Source: Planctomycetales bacterium (GTDB lineage Bacteria; 4484-113; JAFGCY01). Taken from it: 32,000 bases of DNA. The notes under the pieces were generated by a model. The model had not been told where the DNA came from. It made no database searches and was given only the letters and a program-made list of their open reading frames with translations. Shown in pieces: positions 17,799 through 26,671 of this stretch. Positions within the stretch are counted from its first letter, which is position 1. Each line of letters opens with the position of its first letter. The position numbers and the translations under genes were made by a program. The stretch covers positions 2,550,001-2,582,000 of the forward strand of contig CP060262.1 in assembly GCA_022646745.1 (NCBI GenBank). Direction: 5' to 3'.

Positions 17799-18305
17799 TC
17801 AGGGCATCGGGTGGGCCACGGTGCGCGCCCCGAGTTCCTTGTCCATCAGGAACATGCCGCTTTGGCTGTCCTTCACGAGCTTCAGCTGGTCGATGATCGC
17901 CGTGATGGTGGCTTCCTCCTCGACCTGTTCGCTGACGAACCACTGCAGGAAGGTGAAGCCGGGATGGTCCTTCTCGGCCATCGCCTGGTCGACAAGTGCA
18001 TGGATGCTGCGGGTGACGAGCATCTCATGCTCCAGGGCGGCTTCAAACACCTCGATCGGATTGCCCCACTCCCACTTCGGCTGGGCCAGGCTCTTGAGCT
18101 TGACCTGGCCACCACGGTCGAGGATGAAGTGGTAGAACTTGGAAGCGTGGAACTGCTCCTCATCGCGCTGGATATTCATCCACTTCGCGAAACCGAGCAT
18201 GTTCTTCCATTCGAACCAGGCGGACATTGAGAGGTACACGTATGAGGATTCGAATTCAAGGTGCAGCTGGTCGTTGAGTGCCTGTTCGAGTGATGCGCTA
18301 AGCAT
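17799..18305 (-). CDS. ftnA: Non-heme bacterial ferritin
   Basis: Ferroxidase-centre pattern: LEFESSYVY, RDEEQFHASKF (ExxH), ALEHE and FLQWFVSEQVEEE. 168 aa. GGAG lies 6 nt before the ATG. Confidence 0.9.
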   Translation of the reverse strand: MLSASLEQALNDQLHLEFESSYVYLSMSAWFEWKNMLGFAKWMNIQRDEEQFHASKFYHFILDRGGQVKLKSLAQPKWEWGNPIEVFEAALEHEMLVTRSIHALVDQAMAEKDHPGFTFLQWFVSEQVEEEATITAIIDQLKLVKDSQSGMFLMDKELGARTVAHPMP

Positions 18306-18309
18306 GGTT

Positions 18310-18357
18310 CGCTCCCGTTGTCTGGACTGCTGCCAGTATAGCGTGCGAACGGGAGCG
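18310..18357 (-). promoter_or_regulatory. 10-bp perfect inverted repeat in the ferritin 5' region that includes the SD
   Basis: CGCTCCCGTT (18310-18319) and AACGGGAGCG (18348-18357) are separated by 28 nt. In the minus-strand mRNA the 3' arm contains the ferritin GGGAG Shine-Dalgarno. TATACT lies in the loop. Confidence 0.3.
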
Positions 18358-18397
18358 CCGTGTGTGGATTACTCAGCTGTTGCCAGAATCAGCCGGC

Positions 18398-18955
18398 TCA
18401 GTGGGCGCCGTGAGCAGCATGGGAATCATGCGCGGGAGCGGATGCCGGTACTGGCGAGGCATGCTCATCCAGGCCGTGGCGACCAGAGAAGAATGTGAAC
18501 AGCTCCAGCACCATTTCCTCGGCGTCCATGATCTCGCCACCCCAGGAATTCATCGCTTCCTTCGCCTTCTGCTGGTCGGAATAGGCCGCGATGTAGGGAT
18601 ATGAGCTGCCGGGCAGCACGTGGTTTGTCCACAGGAACCAGCCCTGTGGCCTTGTATCGCCGGTGCCCTTCACATATCCCTCGGCCGTTGCCCCGATTGT
18701 TCCGAAGTCAAGCATGTTGAAGCTTTCCACCTTGCCAAGGTGAGTGCCGGCAGCTTCCGCCTCGTTGATGAAACGGAACATGTAGTACAGGCTGTTGAAG
18801 TGCAGGGTGGCCGGATGTCCATCCACGTCAAGCACGATGCTCACCCTTGTGGAGCAGCTGTCCCAGTCCTCCCCGCTGTAGTCACACTTGGTTGACGCGA
18901 GGGCAGTTGTGTTCAAGCAGATCAGGCCCAGCAGCAGGGCGCAAAACAGTCGCAT
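18398..18955 (-). CDS. Secreted protein with His-rich C-terminal tail; possibly NosL-like metal-binding fold
   Basis: Signal peptide MRLFCALLLGLICLNTTALA. PGSSYPYIAAYSDQQKAKEAMNSWGGEIMDAEEM resembles the C-terminal half of NosL-family proteins, from memory only. The tail HGLDEHASPVPASAPAHDSHAAHGAH has 6 His. Confidence 0.5.
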   Translation of the reverse strand: MRLFCALLLGLICLNTTALASTKCDYSGEDWDSCSTRVSIVLDVDGHPATLHFNSLYYMFRFINEAEAAGTHLGKVESFNMLDFGTIGATAEGYVKGTGDTRPQGWFLWTNHVLPGSSYPYIAAYSDQQKAKEAMNSWGGEIMDAEEMVLELFTFFSGRHGLDEHASPVPASAPAHDSHAAHGAH

Positions 18956-19123
18956 ATCAGTCTCCTGTTACACCTAAATGCTCCACGTCCCAGCCTGACA
19001 AGCGACCAGAAATCAGGCGAAATTCCTGCCAAATTGAAACAGGGGGATGCGATAAGCCGTCTAAACAGGCGATATATGAGTGTATAAACTACTATTACCT
19101 GAGTGTTAAGCGCTAAGATTGAC

Positions 19124-19152
19124 TTGACAAAGCAAAATATTAGCGTTACAGT
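19124..19152 (+). promoter_or_regulatory. Candidate sigma70 promoter of the dnaK operon
   Basis: TTGACA (19124-19129), a 17-nt spacer, then TACAGT (19147-19152). This implies a leader of about 110 nt before ATG 19270. Confidence 0.4.
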
Positions 19153-19269
19153 TCAGGTATTAGAAGTAAAAGCAGGCTCGTTAGCGGGCCTGGAGAGTTG
19201 AGACTCAGGAGGACTGGGCCAGCTCAGTTGGGCATGGCCCGGTAGTAACAACAAACGAGGAGTAACACA

Positions 19270-21108
<1,839 letters not shown>

Positions 21109-21174
21109 GCCCGACACGTCGGGAAATGGCCCGGGATGGGCCGGTAAGTACAAGTCGCAAGAAGGAGGCAGTGT

Positions 21175-21618
21175 ATGACTACCAAGATCGTTACCCGTCG
21201 TCCGTCCGGCAACTGGACCGGAAATGAGATTGACCGCATGTTCGAGCGCTTCTTCGGCGAGATGATGCCGGCGGAGACGCGCCCCAGTGGCAGCGTCTGG
21301 TCGCCGAGTGTCGACGTCAAGGAAGACGAGCAGCAGTTCACCGTGCTGGTTGAGCTGCCCGGCCTGAAGTCCTCGGAGATCGAGGTGCAGGTCGAGAACA
21401 ACGTGCTCTTCATCTCCGGCGAGCGCCGCATGGAGGAGAAGAAGGAAGGCGAGAACTGGCATTTCGTGGAGCGCAGCTACGGCAGCTTCTCCCGCAGTTT
21501 CCGCCTGCCGAAGAACGTTGACAGCGAGGCTGTGAAGGCCAGCTACACCGACGGCATGCTGAGCATCAGCATCCCGAAGGCCGAGGAGGCCAGGCCGCGC
21601 AAGGTTGAGATCAGCTGA
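21175..21618 (+). CDS. hsp20: Small heat-shock protein, Hsp20/alpha-crystallin family
   Basis: WSPSVDVKEDEQQFTVLVELPGL...VENNVLFISGER...SYGSFSRSFRLP...ASYTDGMLSISIPK. GAAGGAGG lies upstream of the ATG. Confidence 0.95.
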   Translation: MTTKIVTRRPSGNWTGNEIDRMFERFFGEMMPAETRPSGSVWSPSVDVKEDEQQFTVLVELPGLKSSEIEVQVENNVLFISGERRMEEKKEGENWHFVERSYGSFSRSFRLPKNVDSEAVKASYTDGMLSISIPKAEEARPRKVEIS

Positions 21619-21654
21619 GCGGCAAGCGGCTGACAACAGAAGCATTGACAGGTT

Positions 21655-21684
21655 GCGGGGAGGGCGCCGTGGCACCCTCCCCGC
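21655..21684 (+). other. Strong GC hairpin between hsp20 and grpE
   Basis: GCGGGGAGGG (21655-21664), a 10-nt loop, CCCTCCCCGC (21675-21684): a perfect 10-bp stem with 9 G:C pairs and no U-tract. It ends 9 nt before the grpE SD, AGGAG 21693-21697. Confidence 0.4.
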
Positions 21685-21703
21685 CGCATAACAGGAGCAA
21701 GCA

Positions 21704-22324
21704 GTGAGCAAGAAGGAACATGGAGAGCAGCAGGAAGCCCAGGAGCCGGTGGTGATAGACCGCCGTGCCCATGCGGCGGAGGATGTTGACAATACCCCCC
21801 ACGGTGAAGAGGCCAGCCAGGAAGTGCTCGATGAGGTGATGGAACAGTTCTCCGAGAAGGAGCAGGACCCTGAGCTGGTATGGGCGCAGAAGGCTGCCGA
21901 GCTGCAGGACATGCTGCTGCGCAGGGAAGCCGATCTGCAGAACATGCGCAAGCGGCATGTGAAGGACCTTGACAACGCCCGCCGCAATGCGGTGGAAGCG
22001 TTGCTGAGCGACCTGTTCCCGGCGCTTGATGGGCTGGCCCAGGCCAGCGCTGAGTTCAAGGACAGCCCGGACGGGGAGAATTCCCTTCTGGATGGCATGC
22101 GCAGCACGCTCAGGATCATTGACAACGCATTCCAGCGCCATGGGATCGTGAAGATAAGTGAGAGCGGTGTGCCGTTCGACAGTGAACTGCACCAGCCGCT
22201 GGCCGTGCTGGACAGTGCCGAGGTGAGTGAGGAAATGGTCGGCCAGGTCTTCGTGGAAGGCTACCGCCTGGGTGATACCGTGCTGAAGCCTGCGATGGTG
22301 CAGGTGCTGAAGCCGGCTGAGTAA
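21704..22324 (+). CDS. grpE: Nucleotide exchange factor GrpE
   Basis: LLRREADLQNMRKRHVKDLDNARRNAVEALLSDLFPALDGL and the C-terminal beta domain (GYRLGDTVLKPAMVQV). GTG start with an AGGAG SD. Confidence 0.92.
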   Translation: MSKKEHGEQQEAQEPVVIDRRAHAAEDVDNTPHGEEASQEVLDEVMEQFSEKEQDPELVWAQKAAELQDMLLRREADLQNMRKRHVKDLDNARRNAVEALLSDLFPALDGLAQASAEFKDSPDGENSLLDGMRSTLRIIDNAFQRHGIVKISESGVPFDSELHQPLAVLDSAEVSEEMVGQVFVEGYRLGDTVLKPAMVQVLKPAE

Positions 22325-22362
22325 CCTGAGCGAGGGACAGTAATGTAATCTATAAGGATGGT

Positions 22363-23373
22363 ATGGGCATGGCGGCCCAGAGGACGGACAGACAACAGAT
22401 GAGCAGGGATTTTTACAGCGTGCTGGGCGTGAAGCGAGGCGCGGACGAGGCCGAGATCAAGAAGGCCTACCGCAAGCTCGCCCGCAAGTACCACCCGGAC
22501 GTGAATCCCGGCGACAAGAGTGCGGAGGAGCGCTTCAAGGAAATCCAGCGGGCCTACGGCGTGCTGACTGACACGGAACAGCGCGAGATCTACGACCAGG
22601 TCGGACACGACAACTACGAGCGCGGCGTGCGTGGCGGTGGCCCGGCCGGCGGTGAAATGGACTACGAGGACATCTTCCGTGGTGGTGGGCCGGGCGGTCG
22701 CACGTACACATACACAAGCGGCGGCGGTGGCAACATGCAGGATGTGTTCGAGCAGATGTTCCGCCAGGGCTTCGGCACGGACCGCAGCTGGAGCGGCAGC
22801 CCCTTCGGCGGCCAGCACCGTGAACAGTACAGCCGGCGTGGCCGTGACATGCAAAGCGAGCTGTCCATAAGCTTCAGCGATGCCTACCTCGGCAAGAAGG
22901 TACGCCTGCGCGATGCGGAGGGCAAGGAGCTGGAGGTCACGATCCCGGGCGGGATCGAGGACGGCGGCAAGGTCAAGCTGCATGGCAAGGGGGAACAGGG
23001 TGTCAACGGGGGCCCGCCGGGAGACCTGCATGTCAACGTGCGCATCCAGCCCCACCCGTACTTTGAGCGGCGCGGTGACAACATCTACCTTGACGTGCCG
23101 GTGACCTTTGAGGAGGCAGCGCTCGGTGCCAAGGTCGAAGTGCCGACGATGACCGGCAAGGTGCAGATGACGATCCCCGCGGGTTCACAGGGTGGCAGCG
23201 AACTGCGCCTGCGCGGTAAGGGATTTCCGCACCTGCGGGGCACGGGCCGCGGTGACCAGATCGTGCGGATCGAGATCGAGGTTCCGAAGGACATCGGTAT
23301 GCGCGGCCGTGACCTGCTGCGCGAATTCTCAAACCTGACGCAGCAGAACCCGCGGCTCGGGCGCTGGAACTAG
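22363..23373 (+). CDS. dnaJ: J-domain co-chaperone, DnaJ/CbpA type lacking the Cys-rich zinc-finger domain
   Basis: J domain [34 protein letters not shown] and a G-rich linker. The C-terminal substrate-binding domains have no CxxCxGxG repeats. The start is ATG 22363 (AAGGA 4 nt upstream) or ATG 22399 ([11 protein letters not shown], the canonical J-domain N-terminus). Confidence 0.88.
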   Translation: MGMAAQRTDRQQMSRDFYSVLGVKRGADEAEIKKAYRKLARKYHPDVNPGDKSAEERFKEIQRAYGVLTDTEQREIYDQVGHDNYERGVRGGGPAGGEMDYEDIFRGGGPGGRTYTYTSGGGGNMQDVFEQMFRQGFGTDRSWSGSPFGGQHREQYSRRGRDMQSELSISFSDAYLGKKVRLRDAEGKELEVTIPGGIEDGGKVKLHGKGEQGVNGGPPGDLHVNVRIQPHPYFERRGDNIYLDVPVTFEEAALGAKVEVPTMTGKVQMTIPAGSQGGSELRLRGKGFPHLRGTGRGDQIVRIEIEVPKDIGMRGRDLLREFSNLTQQNPRLGRWN

Positions 23374-23376
23374 GGG

Positions 23377-23826
23377 ATGGTGATGGATCCAAGAGAGCGC
23401 GGCGTTTACTCAATCGGCATTGTCTCGCAGATGACCGGCCTGCACGACCAGACGATTCGCCAGTATGAGAAGCTGGGCCTGGTCACGCCGAAGCGCAGTG
23501 CGGGTGGTACGCGACGATTTTCAGAGAATGACGTAACCCGCCTTCAGGCGATCAGCTCCCTGACCCGCGACATGGGCGTCAACCTGGCCGGAGTGGAGAT
23601 CATCCTGCGGATGCGTACCCGCCAGGACGGCCTGCTGTCCCTGATAAATGAGATGTTCAAGCACATGGACAGTGCTACCAGGTCCCGCTTCGAGTCCTTC
23701 ATCCGTGGGGATGAACCGGGACTGGTGCCGACGGGTGCGGCTGGATTGGCGCGGGTTACCCGAGTCGCAGACAGTGTGCGTATTGAGATCGATGATGACG
23801 ATATCCTCACGATCAAGCGCGACTGA
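23377..23826 (+). CDS. hspR: MerR-family heat-shock repressor HspR
   Basis: The helix-turn-helix YSIGIVSQMTGLHDQTIRQYEKLGLVTPKRSAGGTRRFSENDV, plus its position as the last gene of a dnaK-grpE-dnaJ operon, is the classic HspR arrangement. Confidence 0.85.
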   Translation: MVMDPRERGVYSIGIVSQMTGLHDQTIRQYEKLGLVTPKRSAGGTRRFSENDVTRLQAISSLTRDMGVNLAGVEIILRMRTRQDGLLSLINEMFKHMDSATRSRFESFIRGDEPGLVPTGAAGLARVTRVADSVRIEIDDDDILTIKRD

Positions 23827-23953
23827 CCTGCCCTGATTTTGCCATTAAGTCAAATCGCGAGAAAATGTACTTCCGGTATGGAAAGGAATCCCGGATTTTT
23901 GTATCCTCATTAGGTATCAAGCGGGGCAGCAGGCCTGCCCGACAGGTGAATAT

Positions 23954-24358
23954 ATGTGGCAGTGTGCTAAGTGCAACTATTCCAATGTGGATGCAGCCCC
24001 CGTCTGCAACAAGTGTCGCGCCGTGAAACCGGTCAGCGATGAGGACCTTGCAGCGAGTACGGGAGGCAACAAGTACCAGATGCAGATGGTTGCCGCGCGC
24101 GACAAGGCCGCCGTGGAAGTGCTGGAAAAGAGCTTCAGCCCGAACCCGCCGCTTGAGGACCTGGTCAGCTACTGGGGCAAGTGCACCGACAATCCTGCCA
24201 ACATCCACCTGGACCTGGCCCGCATCGAGAAGCAGCAGTACGCCCTGCGCGATTCCATCCGCCTGCTGGTGTCCGTGCTGAAGAACCCGCGCGCGCTTGG
24301 CAATCCTGAACTGATTGACGATGCCCTGCGCATGCTGAAGAACTGGGACAGGGACTGA
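23954..24358 (+). CDS. Small protein with N-terminal RanBP2-type zinc finger and a helical C-terminal domain
   Basis: MWQCAKCNYSNVDAAPVCNKC fits W-x-C-x2-C-x3-N-x6-C-x2-C exactly. AGGTG lies 5 nt upstream of the ATG. 134 aa. Confidence 0.6.
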   Translation: MWQCAKCNYSNVDAAPVCNKCRAVKPVSDEDLAASTGGNKYQMQMVAARDKAAVEVLEKSFSPNPPLEDLVSYWGKCTDNPANIHLDLARIEKQQYALRDSIRLLVSVLKNPRALGNPELIDDALRMLKNWDRD

Positions 24359-24384
24359 TTTTCCGCTTTTCACGTTTCCGCTGA

Positions 24385-24412
24385 TTGCCACAGATTAATC
24401 CCGGGGTATACT
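24385..24412 (+). promoter_or_regulatory. Candidate sigma70 promoter of the cysK-cysE operon
   Basis: TTGCCA (24385-24390), a 16-nt spacer, then TATACT (24407-24412). This implies a leader of about 215 nt before cysK ATG 24636. Confidence 0.45.
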
Positions 24413-24426
24413 CGGTATTGATCGCT

Positions 24427-24531
24427 ATGGCATTCCCGCAGACAGCCAGATTCCAACACCGGCCCTGGGCCACGCCCAAACACGCGCCGCTGTGCTGTCA
24501 TTGCTCCGGGCGATGTCGACACTGCTCCTGA
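24427..24531 (+). CDS. Candidate Cys-rich leader peptide (34 aa) upstream of cysK-cysE
   Basis: ATG 24427 to TGA 24529-24531 encodes MAFPQTARFQHRPWATPKHAPLCCHCSGRCRHCS. Five Cys codons fall within 24493-24525. There is no SD, and the ATG lies 14 nt after the predicted -10. The ORF is below the size cutoff of the ORF track. Confidence 0.4.
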   Translation: MAFPQTARFQHRPWATPKHAPLCCHCSGRCRHCS

Positions 24532-24596
24532 CAATTCACTTTGAATCCCGCTGAAGGCGGGACAGGCAGCAATCAAACATCAGACCAACCACCACC

Positions 24597-24618
24597 TGCA
24601 TGCGCGTGCGCGCATGCG
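24597..24618 (+). promoter_or_regulatory. 22-nt alternating pyrimidine-purine tract containing a 9+9 palindrome just upstream of the cysK SD
   Basis: TGCATGCGCGTGCGCGCATGCG. The arms GCATGCGCG (24598-24606) and CGCGCATGC (24609-24617) are perfectly complementary. It ends 8 nt before GGAG 24626. Confidence 0.3.
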
Positions 24619-24635
24619 ATCCCAAGGAGCAATAC

Positions 24636-25613
24636 ATGGAACGCATCTACAACGACGTGACGCAACTTATCGGACATACCCCGCTTGTCAGGCTGAACCG
24701 CATCGTCCCCGACGGGGGAGCGGAGATCCTCGCCAAGCTGGAGTTCCAGAACCCCGGCTCGAGCGTGAAGGACCGCATCGGGCTGGCAATGATTGACGCG
24801 GCGGAGCGCCAGGGCCTGGTACGGAAGGACACGGTGCTGCTGGAGGCAACCAGTGGCAACACCGGCATCGCCCTGGCGATGGTGGCCGCCTCGCGCGGGC
24901 TGAAGCTCGTGCTGACAATGCCCGAAACGATGAGCATCGAGCGCCGGCGCCTGCTGCAGGCTTTCGGTGCCCAGCTGATTCTGACACCGGGTGAAAAGGG
25001 CATGCCCGGTGCGATTGCCCGCGCTGAGGAACTGGCTGCCACCGACAGCCGCTTGCTGCTGATGCGGCAGTTTGACAACCCGGCCAACCCGGAGGTCCAC
25101 CGGCGCAGTACCGCCGAGGAGATCTGGGTGGATACCGCCGGCAGGCTGGACTACTTCGTGGCCGGCGTCGGCACAGGTGGCACGATCACCGGAGTCAGCG
25201 AGGTGCTGAAGAAGCGCATACCGGGAATGGCAACCATCGCCGTCGAGCCGGTGGACAGCCCAGTGCTCAGTGGAGGAAAACCCGGCCCGCACAAACTGCA
25301 GGGCATCGGTGCCGGCTTCGTGCCGAATGTGCTGAACGCCGGCATCATTGACGGCATCGAGCAGGTTTCTACAGCGGAGGCCGGTGAATTCGCCCGGCGG
25401 ATGGCACGTGAGGAGGGCATCCTCGTTGGCATCTCATCAGGTGCCGCAGTGGCTGCGGCGGTCCGTATCGCCGGCCGGCCGGAGAATGCCAGCAAGCGTA
25501 TCGTGGTTGTCATTCCCAGTTACGGGGAACGTTACCTGAGCACCTGGCTGTATGACCAGGTGGAACAACAGGAGGGACTGAATGCAGAGACAGTTGGCGC
25601 AGTTCAGCATTGA
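24636..25613 (+). CDS. cysK: Cysteine synthase A (O-acetylserine sulfhydrylase)
   Basis: [25 protein letters not shown]-lysine region [21 protein letters not shown] and [16 protein letters not shown] lies 6 nt before ATG 24636. The ORF-track start at 24600 lies inside the palindrome and lacks an SD. Confidence 0.93.
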   Translation: MERIYNDVTQLIGHTPLVRLNRIVPDGGAEILAKLEFQNPGSSVKDRIGLAMIDAAERQGLVRKDTVLLEATSGNTGIALAMVAASRGLKLVLTMPETMSIERRRLLQAFGAQLILTPGEKGMPGAIARAEELAATDSRLLLMRQFDNPANPEVHRRSTAEEIWVDTAGRLDYFVAGVGTGGTITGVSEVLKKRIPGMATIAVEPVDSPVLSGGKPGPHKLQGIGAGFVPNVLNAGIIDGIEQVSTAEAGEFARRMAREEGILVGISSGAAVAAAVRIAGRPENASKRIVVVIPSYGERYLSTWLYDQVEQQEGLNAETVGAVQH

Positions 25614-26505
25614 TATCGGCACCGGGCAGCGGCTCAGTTCGCTGATCAACTCCAGCGTGGGACGGATCCTCGATGGCAACACAGCCAGCGGACGGGGCAA
25701 TGTGCGCACGCCATCAGCGGAGACCCTGGAAAGCATCGTGTCCGGACTTGCGGTTGTGCTGTTCCCGGAACTGCATTCCGGCGGCAGCCCACAGCAGAAG
25801 CTTGCACAGCAGCTGCGCCTGAGCCTCAGCCAGCTTGGCCTGGAACTGCGCCATGCGCTGGAAAGCAGCCGCGACTATGACGATCCGCGCGAGCTAGAGG
25901 GTGAGGTCACCCGCCAGCTTGAGCAGTTCACCGAGGCCCTGCCTGAATTGCGCAGGCTGCTGGCAACTGATGCACAGGCGATCCACGATGGCGATCCATC
26001 CAGCCGCAGCAGGCTGGAAGTACTGCTCAGCAGCCCCGGCCTGCTTGCGATGCTGCACCACAGGATCGCACACCAGCTTGAAGGTCAGGGCGTGCCACTG
26101 CTGCCGCGCATGATTGCCAGCCTGGCCCAGCGGGCCACGGGAATCGACATCCACCCGGCGGCAAGCATCGGTGAGGGCTGCTTCATCGACCACGGCACTG
26201 GAGTGGTGATCGGCGAAACCGCAGTGGTCGGCCGCAATGCGCGCATCTACCAGGGCGTGACGCTTGGCGCGCGCAGCATCCCGCTGGATGAGCAGGGCCG
26301 GGCGGTGCGCGGCCTGCGCAGGCATCCGCAACTGGGGGACGACGTGACCATCTACAGTGGCGCGTCCATCCTCGGCCCGGTGGAGATCGGCAGCGGCAGT
26401 GTGATCGGCGGCAACGTCTGGCTGACCCGCTCCGTGGAGCCAGGCAGCCGGGTGGTGCAGCATGACCCGCGCACGGTGAAGTTCGTTGCGGGAGGTGGCA
26501 TCTGA
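25582..26505 (+). CDS. cysE: Serine O-acetyltransferase, long-form (EpsC-like) CysE
   Basis: Hexapeptide-repeat core [44 protein letters not shown] with a helical N-terminal extension of about 190 aa. AGGAGGG lies 5 nt before the ATG. The gene overlaps the cysK 3' end by 32 nt. Confidence 0.9.
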   Translation: MQRQLAQFSIDIGTGQRLSSLINSSVGRILDGNTASGRGNVRTPSAETLESIVSGLAVVLFPELHSGGSPQQKLAQQLRLSLSQLGLELRHALESSRDYDDPRELEGEVTRQLEQFTEALPELRRLLATDAQAIHDGDPSSRSRLEVLLSSPGLLAMLHHRIAHQLEGQGVPLLPRMIASLAQRATGIDIHPAASIGEGCFIDHGTGVVIGETAVVGRNARIYQGVTLGARSIPLDEQGRAVRGLRRHPQLGDDVTIYSGASILGPVEIGSGSVIGGNVWLTRSVEPGSRVVQHDPRTVKFVAGGGI

Positions 26506-26615
26506 TGAGTGCAGGCAGAACCTCAATCCATGCAGGCGAGCCAGGACAGCGATGTCCTGCGGCAGGCCAGCTGTGAACATATAAGGTGTGGCAGGGGTCA
26601 CATGATAGACTGGCC

Positions 26616-26634
26616 GTCCGGACAGGCTCCGGAC
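26616..26634 (+). other. Stem-loop in the cysE / thioredoxin-domain gene spacer
   Basis: GTCCGGA (26616-26622), loop CAGGC, TCCGGAC (26628-26634): a perfect 7-bp stem with no U-tract. Confidence 0.25.
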
Positions 26635-26671
26635 CCATCTGTGTACTTCCCTACCGGGCTGCAGGATCATC

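Noticed and set aside
19101-19109. GAGTGTTAA resembles the right half of the HrcA CIRCE element (GAGTGCTAA)
   Set aside because: There is no matching left half (TTAGCACTC) 9 nt upstream, and the operon carries hspR rather than hrcA. An isolated half-site is most likely chance.
19195-19206. GAGT-TGAG-ACTC small palindrome in the dnaK leader, considered as a possible HAIR
   Set aside because: The arms are only 4 bp with a 4-nt spacer, whereas the HAIR consensus has 7-bp arms with a 7-nt spacer. That is too weak to call.
24600-24635. The ORF-track start of cysK at ATG 24600 (an extra 12 residues, [12 protein letters not shown])
   Set aside because: That ATG is inside the 22-nt palindrome and lacks an SD. 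ATG 24636 has AAGGAG at the correct spacing and gives the canonical CysK N-terminus.
24413-24635. A known riboswitch (SAM-I/II or T-box) in the cysK leader
   Set aside because: I could not find the conserved cores of those classes by eye. The Cys-rich sORF explanation fits better, but a covariance-model scan (Rfam/Infernal) is needed to exclude a riboswitch.
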